In this document: piece by piece, positions 60,230 to 64,000 of the stretch
Layout of the letters: every line of letters begins with the position of its first letter
How positions within the stretch are numbered: the first letter of the stretch is position 1
Assembly (NCBI RefSeq): GCF_006345805.1
Contig: NC_043010.1
Coordinates: forward strand, 63,054,001-63,118,000
DNA: 64,000 bases
Origin: Octopus sinensis
Lineage: Eukaryota
Direction: 5' to 3'
Program-made: the position numbers and the translations under genes
Notes under the pieces: generated by a model
Seen by the model: the letters and a program-made list of their open reading frames with translations, nothing else
What the model was told of the DNA's origin: nothing
Database searches by the model: none

Positions 60230-60830
60230 TGCTGATGGTGCCACAAAAAAAGTCTGGTGATGGTCCCACATAAAAAGCAGTGGTGTTGGTGCCATGTGGA
60301 AGCACCTATACCGGTGCCATGTTAAAAGGACTCAATACACTTTGTTAAGTGGTTGGCATTAGGAAGGGCATCAACCATAGAAACCAACCAGGTGTGGCTC
60401 CTGGCCTTGTCAGCTTCTGACAAACTGTGCAACCCATGACAGCATGGAAAACAGATGGTAAATGATGATGATGATGATCATCATCATCATCATCATCATT
60501 TAACGTCTGTTTTCCATGCTAGCATGGGTTGGACGGTTCGACCGGGGTCTGGGAAGCCAGGAGGCTGCACCAGGATCCAGTCTGATCTGGTAGTGTTTCT
60601 ATAGCTGGATGCCCTTCCTAACACCAACCACTCCGTGAGTGTAGGGAGTGCTTTTTACGTGCCACCGGCACAGGGGCCAGGTGAAGCTGGTAACAGCCAC
60701 GATCGGTTGGTGCTTTTTATGTGCCACCAGCACAGAAGTCAGTCAAGGCGACGCTCGCATTGGCCACGTTTGGATGGTGCTTTTTTACAAGCCACCGGCA
60801 CAGGTATCACAACTACAATTTCCATTTGAT
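60230..60830. mobile_element. Tail-to-tail pair of RTE 3'-UTR fragments (+ 60230-60478, - 60479-60830)
   Basis: (GAT)n runs straight into (CAT)n. Confidence 0.85.
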
Positions 60831-60904
60831 TTTTTGATGTTGATGTTTTCAATTAATCACGCATTATCTCATAGATTTGCGGTTTTGATGAGGTGATTGT
60901 TTAT

Positions 60905-61240
60905 TTCTTATTTCTTTACTATCCACAAGGAGCTAAACACAGAGGGGACAAACAAGGACAGACAAAGGGATTAAGTCGATTACATTGACCCCAGTGCATA
61001 ACTGGTACTTATTTAATCAACCTCGAAAGGATGAAAGGCAAAGTCGACCTCGGCGGAATTTGAACTCAGAATGTAGCGGCAGACGAAATACCTATTTCTT
61101 TACTACCCACAAGGGGCTAAACATAAAGGGGACAAACAAGGACAAAGAAATTAAGTCTATTACATCGACCCCAGAGCATAACTGGTACTTATTTAATCGA
61201 CCCCAAAAGGATGAAAGGCAAAGTCGACCTCGGCGGAATT
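60905..61240 (-). mobile_element. SINE family 1 dimer
   Basis: Junction GAAATA|GGTATTTC at 61092/61093. Confidence 0.85.
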
Positions 61241-61940
61241 TATTTCTACAATGACATTGTAGGGCAGGTGTGAGAGGTGGAATCTGGCTGGTTTTAGCAT
61301 AAAACATGTAGAATACTTAGGCTGGGTGTGGCCGGTTTAAATGCTAAAGAGTTAATGTATATAGACAATAGCTGAATAATAGATGGGATGGTCATGTTAG
61401 GAATGCTTTCAATCATATGTCAGCTGGATTTGAATTGAGTTGGAGATTAACAGGAACCAAACCTCACGCTCCGTTGCTGTGACTCCTTCTAACCCTGACA
61501 ACAACAATTTTCTGAATATTGATTTCATAACAGGAATAAGAAAATAAAATAACAAACAAATAAACAAATAAAACCAATAACAATATACATTAACAACAAA
61601 CAAATAACAAAAATAAATAAATAAATAAATATATAAAAGAAACTCACAACAAATAAAATAGCAAAAAATATAACGAATTCTAAAAATGTAAAATTTAATC
61701 TGAAAAATCTTACAAAAACAAAAACAACAACAACAATAATGACAACGATGATAAGAAAAATAATGTTATTAACAACACAAACAACAATAACAACAACAAC
61801 AACAACAACAACATTTTTGCGATTATTGATTTAAGGAAGATAATAAAAATATAAAAAATATAATCAATAATAAATAAATATTTAATGATTTTGTTTGAGT
61901 TTGGCACCGGGTTAATTGTGGTATATTACACTTGACTGAG

Positions 61941-63300
61941 GTTACCCCAGTTTTGTGGTGTAGTACAGTGGGCTAAGGTTGCCCCAGTTTTGTGATGTAA
62001 TACAGAAGGTAAAATCACTCCAGTTTTGTCGGCTAAGGAAGAAGTTGCCCCAGTTTTGTGAATTGAGGATACTTCAGCTTTGTGGTGTAGTACAGTGGGT
62101 TAAGGTTATCCCAGTTTTGTGCTGTAATACAGAAAGCAGAATCACTCCAGTTCTTTGGGCTAAGGAAGATGTTACCCCAGTTTTGTGGTCTACTACAGAA
62201 CAGAATCACTCAAGTTTTGTGGGCTAAGGAAGATGTTACCCCAGTTTTGTGGTGTAGTATAGTGGGTTAAGGTTGCCCTTGTTTTATGGTGAAATACAAA
62301 AAGCAGAATCATTCTAGTTTTGTGGGCTAAGGAAGTTGTTATCCCAATTTTGTGAACTAAGGACACCCCAGTTTTGTGGTGTAGTATAGTGGGCTTAGAG
62401 TACCCCGGTTTAGTGGTGTAATACAGAAGGTAAAATCACTTCAGTTTTGTGGGCTAAGAAAGATGTTACCTCAGTTTTGCGAACTGCGGATACCCAAGTT
62501 TTGTGGTGTAGTAAAGTGGGCGAAGGTTACCCCAGTTTTGTGGAATAATACAGAAAGCAGTATTACTCCAGTTTTGTGGACTAAGAAGGATGTTACCCCA
62601 GTTTTTGTGGACTGAGGATAACCCAGTTTTCAGATATATAACAGTTTGCAAAAATTAACCTGGTTTTGTGACATAGTACATTAGGTAGAGGTTACCCCAG
62701 TTTTGTTGGATTTACAGTGGGTAGATGTTACCATAGTTTTGTAGTATTGTGGTTACCCTTCTTTTGTGGAATATTCATTACAGGGACTTGTGGTTACCCC
62801 AGTTTTGAGCTATATTACCGTGGACAGATGTTATCCCACTTTTGTTGTATAGTATAAGGGTAAAGGTTACCCCAATTTTGTGGTATATAACAGTGAGTTC
62901 AAGTTACCCCAGTTCTCTGATATAGTACAGTGGGCAGAAATTACCCCAGTTTTCTGGTATAGTACAGTGAACAGATTAACCCATTTTTGTGGTTTAGCAC
63001 AGTAAGCGGAGGTTACCCCTGTTTTGTGGTACAATATATTGGGCTGAAGCTATTCAAGTTTTCTACAGTGGGTTACATTCACCCTAGTTTTGTGGACTGC
63101 AGTTAACCCAATTTTATGATATAAAGCGGTGGTTTGAATTTAACCCACTTTTATAATATATTGGTTTGAATTTAACCCACTTTTATAATATATTGCAGTG
63201 TGTTCAGTTGTCACAATTTTTATGGTATACTTTAGTTGTCTCAAGTGATCCCCATTTTGTGACACAGTAAATTAGATGTGAGTTATCCCAGTTTTGAAAT
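61941..63300. repeat. Minisatellite with ~127-bp higher-order period built on an ACCCCAGTTTTGTG core
   Basis: About 40 core copies by manual count; subunits of ~37, 37, 29 and 24 bp recur in order at 61944, 62072, 62238, 62365, 62491, then decay. Confidence 0.9.
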
Positions 63301-63639
63301 ATTCTACAAATGAGTCTAAGACCATCCAATTACGTGTGTGTTTGTTTGCATGCATGCATTCTTGTGAAGATTTACAAATTTCTGATTTGGTACCCAGATG
63401 CACACTTAACCTACAAGGGTGGGTGGGACGCTAAGCTGTCACAAAGGCAACTAACCCAGGAGATGGGGAACTTTAATGATAAAGCCTAAGGTATATTGTT
63501 CAATGAATTTTTGTTGGACATTTGCCCCATGAGTCTGCTATCAACATTTCCAAAATGTGTGGCTGATCCCACAGAAGCCTTCATCATTGAAAACAAATTG
63601 ATTGTGGTCAGTGTGACAGTTGTGATATTAGCTGTTGGG

Positions 63640-63812
63640 CCTGCAAATACTCTGTAAAGTGGTTGGCGTTAGGAATGGCGCCTAGGTGTAGAAACCATGC
63701 CAAAACATAACGGTACCTGGTGTGGGCCCTGGCCGTATCACCTCCTCTGAAACCATCCAACCCATGGTAGCATGGTAAAGTGACGTTAAATGATGACGAT
63801 GATGATGACAAC
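63640..63812 (+). mobile_element. RTE 3'-UTR fragment
   Basis: GTGGTTGGCGTTAGGAA...CCAACCCATGGTAGCATGG...(GAT)n. Confidence 0.75.
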
Positions 63813-63824
63813 AAAGACGACGAC

Positions 63825-64000
63825 GATGTATGTATGTATGTATGTATGTATGTGTGTGTATGTATGTATGTATGTATGTGTATGTATGTGTTTGTGTATG
63901 TGTGTATGTATGTGTGTATACATGCATGTATGTATGCATGCATGTATGTGTGTATGTATGTGTGTATGTATGTATGTGCATATATGTATGTGCATGTATG
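63825..64000. repeat. (TATG)n/(TG)n microsatellite
   Basis: Directly visible. Confidence 0.95.

Noticed and set aside
61941-63300. CRISPR array or repetitive protein (PQFC repeats)
   Set aside because: Spacers recur, the context is eukaryotic with no cas genes, and unit lengths do not keep a reading frame.

Overview
AT-rich, microsatellite-saturated eukaryotic genomic DNA. It is most likely an octopus (coleoid cephalopod) scaffold, inferred from tRNA-derived SINE families, RTE tails and C2H2-ZNF content, and it has one 100-N gap. Two plus-strand C2H2 zinc-finger ORFs are well supported: 6877-7755 (2 fingers) and 49049-51967 (about 16 mostly widely spaced fingers, many with near-identical recognition helices). 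The rest is mainly mobile DNA: three tRNA-SINE families, an RTE LINE and many of its 3' tails, R4/Dong-, CR1- and Penelope(GIY-YIG)-type remnants, piggyBac-/hAT-like and fold-back MITEs, and minisatellites. Signals not explained by the ORF track: (1) about a dozen hammerhead-ribozyme-like motifs, including a palindromic pair of complete type I hammerheads about 0.5 kb downstream of the first ZNF stop and a tRNA-headed, hammerhead-bearing SINE/retrozyme-like element; (2) SINE multimers that share one exact self-complementary junction at two loci; (3) scattered, decayed cadherin-like exon remnants, all on the minus strand, suggesting the ZNF genes sit inside a dead multi-exon cadherin gene. All alignments, folds and counts were made by eye and no database was searched. 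Most short ORFs in the track are microsatellite artefacts.
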